64,000 nucleotides of DNA. Origin: Betaproteobacteria bacterium. Its GTDB lineage: Bacteria; Pseudomonadota; Gammaproteobacteria; Burkholderiales; Eutrophovitaceae. Position numbers and translations under genes: made by a program. A model generated the notes under the pieces. That model saw nothing but the letters and a program-made list of their open reading frames with translations, was not told the origin of the DNA and searched no databases. Positions 30,524 through 39,033 of this stretch are shown one piece after another. Within the stretch, counting starts at the first letter, position 1. Each line of letters opens with the position of its first letter. Where the stretch lies: the NCBI GenBank assembly GCA_020354125.1, contig CP070643.1, forward strand, positions 3,588,934 through 3,652,933. Direction: 5' to 3'.

Positions 30524-32539
30524 ATGAAACTGGTTCGACGTGTCGCACGCCTTGGCCTGTTCGCGGCGCTGGTTGCGACCGGCTCGGCATGGTGCGCCCC
30601 GCATCTGGACCTTGATGTCCGCCTTGATCCGGCCGCACGTTCGCTAAGCGCCAGCGCGTCAATCACCGCCGAGACATCAGACCTCACTTTCTATCTGGCA
30701 GACCAGTTTGTGGTGCAATCGGTCGAGCTCGACGGAGCCACTATTCCGACTGACCGCAGTAGTCTGGACGGATTGCAGCGATTCCGCGTAAAGCTTCCCG
30801 ACGCCGAGCAACCGCACACCGTAACCGTACTGTACCGCGGCGAGCTGCAACCGCTTGACACTTCGATGACACACGACTCGACATTGGCTGCGCTACCGGC
30901 CATGTCCTCGGAGCAAGGCAGCTTCCTGCCGGGCAGTAGCAGCTGGCACCCAATGCTCGAGACGGCATTCACTTACCGTCTCAATACGGAGGTTCCAGAT
31001 GGTCAAATAGCAGTCGCTCCCGGCGCGCCTTCCGACGAATCAGTAGACGACGCTGTTCGGCGTGCCAGTTTCACCATGGGATGGCCGGTCAACAGTATTG
31101 ATTTAATGGTGGGCAAATGGTCGATCCGCGAGCACGGGATCAACGTGGGCGACGCGCGTATCCGTATTCGCACTTATTTTGGCGAAACGGAATTAGGCCT
31201 GGCAGAGGGTTATCTTGATGCGGTTGAACGTTTCATCAGACGCTATTCGACAGAGATCGGACCGTATCCCTACACCGTATTCAGTGTCGTATCGAGCCCG
31301 ATTCCAACTGGATTCGGAATGCCCACCCTGACCTATCTGGGGAGACAGGTCCTTGGCTACCCGTTCATTCGGGACATTTCTCTCGGCCACGAGGTTCTTC
31401 ACAACTGGTGGGGCAATGGCGTTCGCATCGATCCCGTGCGCGGCAACTGGGCGGAGGGACTCACGACCTTTATGGCCGATTACGCATACCGCGAGGACGA
31501 GAGTGCGCGAGCCGCGGCGCGGATGCGTCACGGTTGGTTACGCGACTACGCGGCATTGCCGCCGCGTGGTGAACAGCCTTTGTCAGCGTTCCGCACCCGA
31601 CACCACACCGCTTCTGCGACAATCGGCTACGGCAAAGCAGCGACAATGTTCTATGACCTGCGCGCTCGCCTCGGGAACGACATTTTTGCCAAGGGCATAC
31701 GCACTTTCTGGGACAAGCACCAACATGCCAGGGCCAGCTTCGACGATCTGCGTGAGGCTTTCGAACAAGCAAGCGGGTTGCCGCTTGTCGATTTTTTCAA
31801 CCAATGGCTTGATCGAACTGGTGCACCGATCCTCCAGGTAACACAGGCGCGCATGGCGGACGGCAGCAAAAACGAAGTCGAACTCGTGCTTTCCCAGACG
31901 CAGGATTCAGAACCATTCGATCTATCGGTGCCATTGCGTTTGCTCTCGGACGAAGGGCCGATTGACGCGCGTGTACAAATGTCCGAAGCCACGCAGAAAG
32001 TGCGCATACCTACCACAGCGATTGCGACCGCAGCATTGGTTGACCCGGGGTTCGAAGTTTGGCGCAAGCTTTCGCCCGAAGAAGCACCGCCGATCTTGCG
32101 AGATGTCATCGCTGCCGAATCGATTCAAGCTGCAGCGCTGCAAGAGTCGATGAGGGACGCCGTGAACGTCATGGCAAATGGTTTCAGCGAAGGCAGTGTC
32201 AGACTTGTTGAGTCGGTTGAAGCTTCTGACCCTGACAAACCACTGATTATCGCTGGCAGCAAGAGCGCCATCGCCGCCTTTCTGCAGGGCTCTTCTTTTG
32301 CGTCGCGCCGCGAACAGATCAACCCAGGTGTACTTGAGGTGTGGATCATTCCGGATACCACACGAAAGGTTGTGGTAGTTGCCATCGAGGCCGGCACCGA
32401 AGACGATCATGACTGGTCAAGCCTGGGACAGCGCCTTAGGCATTTTGGACGCTACTCGTGGGTGAGCATTGCTGCTGGTGGCGAGGCGGCGCGCGGCAGC
32501 TGGAAAGTTGAGTCGCCACGAATCACGGTCACCAGGTAG
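30524..32539 (+). CDS. Secreted M1-family zinc metallopeptidase (aminopeptidase N-like)
   Basis: 671-aa ORF with a signal peptide. HEVLHNWWGN followed by NWAEGLTTF (HExxH-x18-E gluzincin signature). It starts 6 nt after the ChaN-PDZ gene. Confidence 0.85.
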   Translation: MKLVRRVARLGLFAALVATGSAWCAPHLDLDVRLDPAARSLSASASITAETSDLTFYLADQFVVQSVELDGATIPTDRSSLDGLQRFRVKLPDAEQPHTVTVLYRGELQPLDTSMTHDSTLAALPAMSSEQGSFLPGSSSWHPMLETAFTYRLNTEVPDGQIAVAPGAPSDESVDDAVRRASFTMGWPVNSIDLMVGKWSIREHGINVGDARIRIRTYFGETELGLAEGYLDAVERFIRRYSTEIGPYPYTVFSVVSSPIPTGFGMPTLTYLGRQVLGYPFIRDISLGHEVLHNWWGNGVRIDPVRGNWAEGLTTFMADYAYREDESARAAARMRHGWLRDYAALPPRGEQPLSAFRTRHHTASATIGYGKAATMFYDLRARLGNDIFAKGIRTFWDKHQHARASFDDLREAFEQASGLPLVDFFNQWLDRTGAPILQVTQARMADGSKNEVELVLSQTQDSEPFDLSVPLRLLSDEGPIDARVQMSEATQKVRIPTTAIATAALVDPGFEVWRKLSPEEAPPILRDVIAAESIQAAALQESMRDAVNVMANGFSEGSVRLVESVEASDPDKPLIIAGSKSAIAAFLQGSSFASRREQINPGVLEVWIIPDTTRKVVVVAIEAGTEDDHDWSSLGQRLRHFGRYSWVSIAAGGEAARGSWKVESPRITVTR

Positions 32540-32711
32540 GCAGGATTCTTGCGGCGACCTCGCGGTGAATTTCACCAGCCTGGCCGGTCGCTGCTCTACT
32601 TGGCTCGATTCGGGTCGTCAGCACACCAATAGGCTCCCGGCCGAATAGGTCAGATACTTGTACAGCCCACGTTATTTGGACAAAGCCGCTACCCTGAATA
32701 TCGTTCAGTCC

Positions 32712-33500
32712 ATGCGCTTGGGCCTGTTCGTCGCAGTAATACTTATTGTTGCCGGATGCGGCGGCAAGACACCGCCGTGCGATGACGAGACTGTGACCGC
32801 CGCCGTGAGGGGAAATGCCGAGCAAACAATTACCGATGCCCTGCTGAGAAGCGACCCTGAACTTCGGGTCGAACAAATAATGTCGCGAGTGAGCATCACC
32901 CTTACAGATGTCACCGCTACCGACTACAACAAGAGTATCGATAAGCACACCTGCGGTGCAGCGCTGCGCGTTACTCTACCCACCGAAATCGCCGCTTTGA
33001 ATGACTACCGGGCGTTTCAAAAGCTGGTGCTCCGCGACACCAAAGTCGAGGTCGAAGCAAACGATATCGTCGCTCCGATTACCTTTACGACTTATTTAAG
33101 TGAACAGGATAATCAGTTGATCGTTTATTCGGAAGGCGAGAACGCACCGGCCAAGTACATACAAGGTGCGCACAAGGCAGGCGCGTTTGATGCCGACCTA
33201 AGCACACTACCTGAACTGCGTGTCGGCCTCACCCTGTATACGACGCCAGGCAAAAGCGTTCTCCTCGAACCAGCCGAGAACGGCGCGCTGAAGTTTCACG
33301 TCAATCACCAAAGCCACATGTGTCGATCATGGACGCAATTCATCACCGAGGAACGCGGCGCTACGCTGGTATATGACAATCCGAAGGCGGGCTGTTCACT
33401 CATCTTCTCGCGCCTTGGCCAGATCATGCTCGTCGAGCACGAAGGATGCGAACTAATGGCCAAAGCTTGTTATCCGGATGGTGTATATCAGAAGCAATAA
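32712..33500 (+). CDS. Hypothetical lipoprotein
   Basis: MRLGLFVAVILIVAGCGG is a lipobox at ATG 32712. The track ORF begins earlier, at TTG 32658. No family recognised. Confidence 0.6.
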   Translation: MRLGLFVAVILIVAGCGGKTPPCDDETVTAAVRGNAEQTITDALLRSDPELRVEQIMSRVSITLTDVTATDYNKSIDKHTCGAALRVTLPTEIAALNDYRAFQKLVLRDTKVEVEANDIVAPITFTTYLSEQDNQLIVYSEGENAPAKYIQGAHKAGAFDADLSTLPELRVGLTLYTTPGKSVLLEPAENGALKFHVNHQSHMCRSWTQFITEERGATLVYDNPKAGCSLIFSRLGQIMLVEHEGCELMAKACYPDGVYQKQ

Positions 33501-33566
33501 CAGCTGATGTTTCACATTGTTCGACCAGCAGTTGACGGGCAGAAAGAACGACTCACTGATCAGTAA

Positions 33567-33607
33567 CCAGGTGAACAGGCAAACTGCAGGTTTGCTACGG
33601 CACCTGG
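33567..33607. terminator. Long imperfect hairpin between convergent genes (possible terminator)
   Basis: CCAGGTG-aacagg-CAAAC-tgcag-GTTTG-ctacgg-CACCTGG. No flanking T-run. Confidence 0.3.
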
Positions 33608-33619
33608 TGATCCGGGCTG

Positions 33620-34249
33620 CTAGACAGCAGGTCGGGAATTGCCAGCGGACTTGATACCAAGCCCGCCAAACAGCGGCCGCCAGACGACAATCAGCGCGTA
33701 GATCGCTCCAAGCACCAACAGCGCGCCGCCGGTTCGTTGCTGATCGCCGACCAGGTAGACCAGGCAGAGTCGTTCTTCAGAAGCAAGATAACCCCAGCCG
33801 AAACGCAACAACGTCGCGACAACTTCCAGGTGGATCACCGCCCGCAAAATAGCCGGCGTGGCACGCCAAGAGACCGAAACAGCGAGTCCTCCCAACAGGC
33901 TAACCGTGAGGAACTTCGCGACATCGAAACCGAAATCAAGTCGCGCACTGTCAAGCAATCGTGGCAGCATCCACAGCGTCATGGTGAACGCGGCAGCGAT
34001 GAGGCCCGTCATGCCCCATCGATTGGCGCGTATCAAGGTGCTGAGAGCGCGTCCCGTAATGCTTTGGGGCGGCACCTGACGCCATGCCCACCCCAACGCG
34101 AATCCGATCAGAAACAGCGTCGGCAACTGCACCAGCATGTGCAGCAGCATCGACGATTCGAGCGCTGTGCGAAGTGGCGGTGTAATCAGAAAGACCCACA
34201 GCAGCACCGAAGCGGTCGCTGCCTGTCTGGCAGATATCGTCACTGTCAT
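33620..34249 (-). CDS. Polytopic membrane protein, possible CtaG-like cytochrome oxidase assembly factor
   Basis: 209-aa ORF with about 6 TM helices. The LLHMLVQLP motif is reminiscent of Caa3_CtaG. Its start overlaps the SCO stop in an ATGA overlap (34246-34249). Confidence 0.4.
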   Translation of the reverse strand: MTVTISARQAATASVLLWVFLITPPLRTALESSMLLHMLVQLPTLFLIGFALGWAWRQVPPQSITGRALSTLIRANRWGMTGLIAAAFTMTLWMLPRLLDSARLDFGFDVAKFLTVSLLGGLAVSVSWRATPAILRAVIHLEVVATLLRFGWGYLASEERLCLVYLVGDQQRTGGALLVLGAIYALIVVWRPLFGGLGIKSAGNSRPAV

Positions 34250-34878
34250 GCCGGATTATCCAATTTGCTGCGCACGTAACCGGCCGCCGAGTCGAAATCG
34301 CCAAGGTCATAGATCGCCACCAGCCGGCCATTCGGTGCTACCACGTGAATTGCTGCGTTGTGGGCGATTCCCGTCAGCGGTTCCGGAATTGCAACGACTC
34401 CAAACGACGTGAGCCATGCCGCGAGCACTTGTTCATCCTTCGGCCGGCCGATATCCCAGCCGCTTATATCCTTGGTGTAACGAAGTCGATACTCGGCAAG
34501 ATCGGTTAGCCGGTCGCGGCGCGGATCGATCGATACTGTGAGCAAGCGCACGCGGTCCGATTCGATCTCGCTCGCGAGGACATGCTGCAAACGAGCGTAA
34601 CCAGAGCCCATCGCCGTGCACAACGTCGTGCAGCGGGTGAAGATGAAATCAACCAGGACGTAGCGTCCCTGCCAATCAGCAAGCGTGCGTTTCTCCCCTT
34701 CTGCAAGTTCAAGGGGCAGTTCCCCAAGCAGGCGGGGCGAGTTCATCGCCTGCAGACGACGTGCCGACTCGAGAGTAAACGCCTGGAAACCATCAGTGAA
34801 TCGATAACCCGCCACCAGGCCACCGCTCAGAACGACCAGCGCGGCCAGCAGCGTAATCAGCGTATCGGACCGGCGCAC
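34246..34878 (-). CDS. SCO1/SenC-family copper chaperone
   Basis: N-terminal TM helix, then a thioredoxin fold with the CxxxC motif (FTRCTTLC) and a downstream His. The ORF is open to 34962. GTG 34878 avoids overlapping coxI. Confidence 0.8.
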   Translation of the reverse strand: MRRSDTLITLLAALVVLSGGLVAGYRFTDGFQAFTLESARRLQAMNSPRLLGELPLELAEGEKRTLADWQGRYVLVDFIFTRCTTLCTAMGSGYARLQHVLASEIESDRVRLLTVSIDPRRDRLTDLAEYRLRYTKDISGWDIGRPKDEQVLAAWLTSFGVVAIPEPLTGIAHNAAIHVVAPNGRLVAIYDLGDFDSAAGYVRSKLDNPA

Positions 34879-34894
34879 AACGGATAGGCGCTCG

Positions 34895-36340
34895 TCAGGC
34901 TCCGCCAACTTGCAGATGCGGCAACCGGCGAAGCAACTTGATTCCGAGATACAGCGATGCAAGTAACACCAATACGGCTGCTACCGCACCGATCTGGGTG
35001 AGCATGAGCCACTCCTGCGCGTGCACCGCGAAGCGCCGCGGAACGCTGCTCGAACCGCCCAGCAGAAGGAACAGGCAAAATACCAGGCCGGCGACACCAT
35101 AGATCCAGAACATTAGCCGGTCAGCAACACTTTCCTGCCAGTTCGCCCGCGTCGCTGCGAAATACATAATCCCGAGCAACATCGGCAGCAATCCGAGTAA
35201 CAGGTAGAGATGGAAGTGACCCGGCACCCACAGCGTGTTGTGCATCACATAGTTGACACGAATGGTGCCGTCAATGATGGCCGGAATGATCCCGATAGAC
35301 CATCCGAGCAGCCCGAAAACAATCAAACGCAACGGCAACTCCCACCGCACACCGGAACGATGCAAATTAGCAAGTGCGCCCCAGATCGTGACCAGAAGGA
35401 CCGGAATGCCACTCAAATAGGACAGAACCTGGCCCAGAACCAGTGCCCATTTGGGCTGAACAAAGTCCATCAGCGTGTGGTGCGGATATACGGCCATCAC
35501 CACCAGCGTAACTGCCGCCCAGGCAGCGAGGAACGGCCGGCTTATTTTCCACGGCCGTCCGGTATAGGCGGGGAGAATTTCATAGACACCGGTCACCGCC
35601 ATGTAAATCGTTGCGTTGATGAATACATGACCGAAGAAAAAGATCATGTTTTTCGCGAGCAGTGCATCGATCGCTATGCTCGGCACGTAGAGATTGACCA
35701 ATGTCATAACAAGAACAACAGCACCGACGGCGATACCGATGACATTGATAATGATCACCATCGAACTCGCAACCACCGTCGGCGGATGATCGGTGTCGAT
35801 CTTGCCGCTTAACAACTGATCGATTCCCAGCCCGCGCAAAAGGCCACCATAGCGCTTGATGATTGCAATGGCGCAATCGACGTAGAACACAAGGAATCCG
35901 ACGCCAATGAATATCAGGCCGCCGACATACCCCGCAGCGGCGTGCGGCCCCCATAGACCGGCGCTCTTGGCTGGCAACGGATAGAGAAAAGTCCAGGCTG
36001 CGGCAAAGCCACCAATTCCGATGGAGGCCAGAATCATGACAACGCCAACCAGCGACAGGCCGAGCATAGTAAGGAAAGCGCCAGTAGAAAGATCAACGTG
36101 ACGGCGCAGGAAGTACCACATCACAGCAGCGGCGGCGAGACCTGAGGTCCCTACCATTCCCGCACCGTGCAGCGTCATAATTTGATAGAAATAGTTTGCC
36201 GGAATGTCGATCCAGGCGCCCTGCGCCATTCGCAGGACCGCCCCGGCAACCATCATGAGCAGGAAGACCGCAACACCGATACCAACGTACAACTGAAACG
36301 CGAGACGTGCCGGCGCACCTTTGACTGTTTGTTCGCTCAT
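34895..36340 (-). CDS. Haem-copper oxidase subunit I, B-family (ba3-like)
   Basis: All six ligand-His contexts are present (MTLHG, FFFGH, YPHH, PGHFH). The YYQ-like NYFYQIMTLHG resembles Thermus ba3. The start is probably ATG 36340, with GGAGG 5 nt upstream. Confidence 0.85.
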   Translation of the reverse strand: MSEQTVKGAPARLAFQLYVGIGVAVFLLMMVAGAVLRMAQGAWIDIPANYFYQIMTLHGAGMVGTSGLAAAAVMWYFLRRHVDLSTGAFLTMLGLSLVGVVMILASIGIGGFAAAWTFLYPLPAKSAGLWGPHAAAGYVGGLIFIGVGFLVFYVDCAIAIIKRYGGLLRGLGIDQLLSGKIDTDHPPTVVASSMVIIINVIGIAVGAVVLVMTLVNLYVPSIAIDALLAKNMIFFFGHVFINATIYMAVTGVYEILPAYTGRPWKISRPFLAAWAAVTLVVMAVYPHHTLMDFVQPKWALVLGQVLSYLSGIPVLLVTIWGALANLHRSGVRWELPLRLIVFGLLGWSIGIIPAIIDGTIRVNYVMHNTLWVPGHFHLYLLLGLLPMLLGIMYFAATRANWQESVADRLMFWIYGVAGLVFCLFLLLGGSSSVPRRFAVHAQEWLMLTQIGAVAAVLVLLASLYLGIKLLRRLPHLQVGGA

Positions 36341-36351
36341 CATCGCCTCCG

Positions 36352-36861
36352 TTAACGTACGAAAATCGTCGCACTCATTGCATGATGCGACAGACCGCAA
36401 TATTCAAGGCACATCACTTCGTATTCCCCGGGTTCGTCGAAGATGACGCGAAGTTTGTTGACGAACCCAGGCATTGCCTGAGTTTGCGTGATGAGCTTTG
36501 TCTTGTCACGATAGATTGCGAAGCCGTGATTGACGTCGTTGCTCGTGACCTGGAACTCGACTTCCTTACCGCTTTCAACCGTATCGGAAGACAATTCCCA
36601 GCGCCACTGCTGCCCCGTTACCTGAATCACTTGGTCGGGTTCGCTGGCCGAGGCAGTATGACCGCTCATTGGCCATGGCGAGAGCGTTGCAACGCTGATG
36701 ATGACTCCCGCCACGATAAGGATCCAGAAGATAGGACTGCGCCATCGAAATGGTTTCGCAGGTGGCACTTCCCGCGTCGAGGCACTCAACACCACCCAGC
36801 CGAAAATCAGCACGATGGCGGCCATCAACACAAGGCTTAACGTGAGGGCAAACGATTGCAT
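36352..36861 (-). CDS. Haem-copper oxidase subunit II (single-TM, CuA cupredoxin)
   Basis: 169-aa ORF with one N-terminal TM helix. CuA ligands NHGF...CLEYCGLSHHAM. The small size is typical of ba3-type subunit II. Confidence 0.85.
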   Translation of the reverse strand: MQSFALTLSLVLMAAIVLIFGWVVLSASTREVPPAKPFRWRSPIFWILIVAGVIISVATLSPWPMSGHTASASEPDQVIQVTGQQWRWELSSDTVESGKEVEFQVTSNDVNHGFAIYRDKTKLITQTQAMPGFVNKLRVIFDEPGEYEVMCLEYCGLSHHAMSATIFVR

Positions 36862-37253
36862 GGCGGCTCTCCTTTGCTGTTATCGGTTAGCTGCGCATAA
36901 GCTTTTTCATTGTAAGCGTCGCTGGTGTCCCTTGTATAGGCGGAACTCCGGACGCAATTTATCGAACGTCCGACCAAAATCTGACAAAGCGATAAGTTTC
37001 GCGTTGTCGCACACGAAGCCGCAGTGCAGCATCGCAGCACGGTTTGTCACCACCTTGCTGCCGTTTGCTGCTCGTTTCCGAAAACAATATGCGCTTGGTC
37101 TTGAAGGGAACGAAGAGATCGTAAATTGGTGGCTCGATCGCCTTACCAGTCGAATTCAATCAGTGCTTCGCGATGCGACGCGCCGCCGCCGCATCACACA
37201 ACGCGAGTCGGCCAGTCAGTGAATGCTGCGATACGGGGGTCGATGCAGCATCG

Positions 37254-37676
37254 TCATGCGGCCTGCTGGTCGGCCAGCACATAAAGCTCATTGTTCTCCT
37301 GATCGACACGTTTGCCAAGCGCTTCGAACACGCCACCGGTTTCGGTGATGAAAGTTTCCGGATCGGACTGGATTGCCGACGGCGTCGGCCAGCGACCGAT
37401 GTACGCAGTAAAAGCACCGGCAAGCGAACCCATTTCATCAATATAGCGCTGCGTCGTGGCGCGGATATCGCTGTCGTGGTGACGCAACAGTCGCGGGTAG
37501 AGACTCTTGTCCTCCATCGCCAGGTGCACACTAAGCTTGCCGTGCAGTACCGACAGCAAATGTCTGACTTCTTTGGCGTCGTTGCGCAAGCCGTTTGCGT
37601 CCAGTAGCTGCGCGATTGACTTGACGACATTCAACAGTTCGCCGTGTTGGGCTCTGAACTTTTGCGTGTATGCCAT
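37254..37676 (-). CDS. Hemerythrin-like (HHE cation-binding) domain protein
   Basis: 140-aa ORF from ATG 37676, with an AAAGGAG RBS. His/Glu/Asp spacing (AQHGE, LHGKLSVHLAMEDK, RHHDSD, YIDEM) is consistent with a four-helix diiron hemerythrin fold. Confidence 0.55.
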   Translation of the reverse strand: MAYTQKFRAQHGELLNVVKSIAQLLDANGLRNDAKEVRHLLSVLHGKLSVHLAMEDKSLYPRLLRHHDSDIRATTQRYIDEMGSLAGAFTAYIGRWPTPSAIQSDPETFITETGGVFEALGKRVDQENNELYVLADQQAA

Positions 37677-37695
37677 GGGAATCTCCTTTTCGGAA

Positions 37696-39033
37696 TCAAA
37701 TTGCTGTTGCGCTTGACAGCGTGTCGCGTGCTTCCGCATCGAGGAATGCGATCAGTTCCGCAGCGCTTTTGAACCGTTCGTCCGGACGCTTTGCCAGCAT
37801 CCGGTCAACAATTTCCTGATAATCGCCAAGCGGGCCCGAAAGCCTCGGCGGCGGCGCACTCACATGCATGTCCAACAACTCGTCAACGTTTCTTGACATA
37901 AACGGTTTCTTGCCTGTCAGCAGCTCGTAGAACAACACCCCGGTGCTGTACAGGTCGCTGCGACCGTCGAGTGGCTTGTCGAGCACATGCTCGGGACTGA
38001 TGTAACCCGGCGTACCGATGATCTGGCCTGGTCGTAACGCGCTGCTCGTTCCCAGCACACGCGCAATTCCAAAATCGACCAGTACCAGCGAATGCTCGTC
38101 ACGGAACATGACGTTCTGCGGCTTGATATCACCATGGACCAAGCCGGCGCGATGAACGGTGTCAAGCGCCCGCGCGAGCTGCAGGAGAATGCCGAGCGCT
38201 TCGAGCGGCTTGATGCCAAGCTTGATGCGTTGTCTTAGATCTCCGTACGGCAAGTACTCCATCGCCACAAAAAGGTAGTCATCCGTTACGCCGTGCTCAT
38301 AGATCTTCACCACATAGGGGCTGTCAAGGTTGGAAATGACGCCGCATTCCTCGATGAACAGATTGAGCACCGAGTTGCTGGCACCTTCAGCACTGAGCAC
38401 TTTCAACGCACATGCGACACGGGTACGCATGTTCCTGGCGAGAAACACCTCGGACATGCCGCCCTTGCCGAGTTTCTTCAACAAACGATAGCCGCGCACC
38501 TGAACGCGGCTTTTCGGCGGTGGAGCGCTCGGCCGGGTGGAATCTTCACTACCATGAATACCCGTATCGATCATTACCGTGCTATCCGGTATGTCGCCGA
38601 CGCCGTTGCGCTCGCGAAGCGCCGTTCGAAGTGCCCTGCGCATATCGTCAGTCGTCATCAAATTGCGGTACTGGCAATACACGCCGTTCTCCAGCAACGC
38701 CTGCGCACTGCTAGGATCACCTTCGACCAAAGCAACGACTGCCGGCTTGTTCTCGCGTGTACGCAGACTCTCGACCCAGCTGGCATCAATCTCTTCGTTT
38801 TGACGCACACCGACCACCACCATGTCGCATTCTTCGATCTGGGTGCCTTGCGCAGCAATCGTCGCGCCGGAATCCGCGGCTTCGATGATTCGCGCATTCG
38901 GCCACTCTATGGCGACGTACTGCATCAGCAGCATGCGCGTCTCCTCGGAGGGGTCCGCAATCAATACTGTCGGTTCTGCAGCCACTTGTTTCAGTCCCGG
39001 CAGTCCCATCATGTTAGGCGGCCGCCTGTTCAA
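37696..39033 (-). CDS. Hanks-type Ser/Thr protein kinase with N-terminal degenerate receiver-like domain
   Basis: Kinase motifs GKGGMSEVFLA, ALKVL, HGDIKPQN, DFGIAR, GTPGYISPE. The N-terminal roughly 130 aa are REC-like (VLIADPSEETR) but have Gly at the phospho-acceptor position (DMVVVGV). ATG 39012 lies 1 nt after the chpA TAA. The TTG at 39033 overlaps chpA by 20 nt. Confidence 0.85.
   Translation of the reverse strand: MNRRPPNMMGLPGLKQVAAEPTVLIADPSEETRMLLMQYVAIEWPNARIIEAADSGATIAAQGTQIEECDMVVVGVRQNEEIDASWVESLRTRENKPAVVALVEGDPSSAQALLENGVYCQYRNLMTTDDMRRALRTALRERNGVGDIPDSTVMIDTGIHGSEDSTRPSAPPPKSRVQVRGYRLLKKLGKGGMSEVFLARNMRTRVACALKVLSAEGASNSVLNLFIEECGVISNLDSPYVVKIYEHGVTDDYLFVAMEYLPYGDLRQRIKLGIKPLEALGILLQLARALDTVHRAGLVHGDIKPQNVMFRDEHSLVLVDFGIARVLGTSSALRPGQIIGTPGYISPEHVLDKPLDGRSDLYSTGVLFYELLTGKKPFMSRNVDELLDMHVSAPPPRLSGPLGDYQEIVDRMLAKRPDERFKSAAELIAFLDAEARDTLSSATAI

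Noticed and set aside
37219-37249. Hairpin ATGCTGC-N15-GCAGCAT just downstream of the hemerythrin-like gene, considered as the operon terminator
   Set aside because: The loop is 15 nt and no T-run follows on the minus strand. This is insufficient for an intrinsic terminator call.
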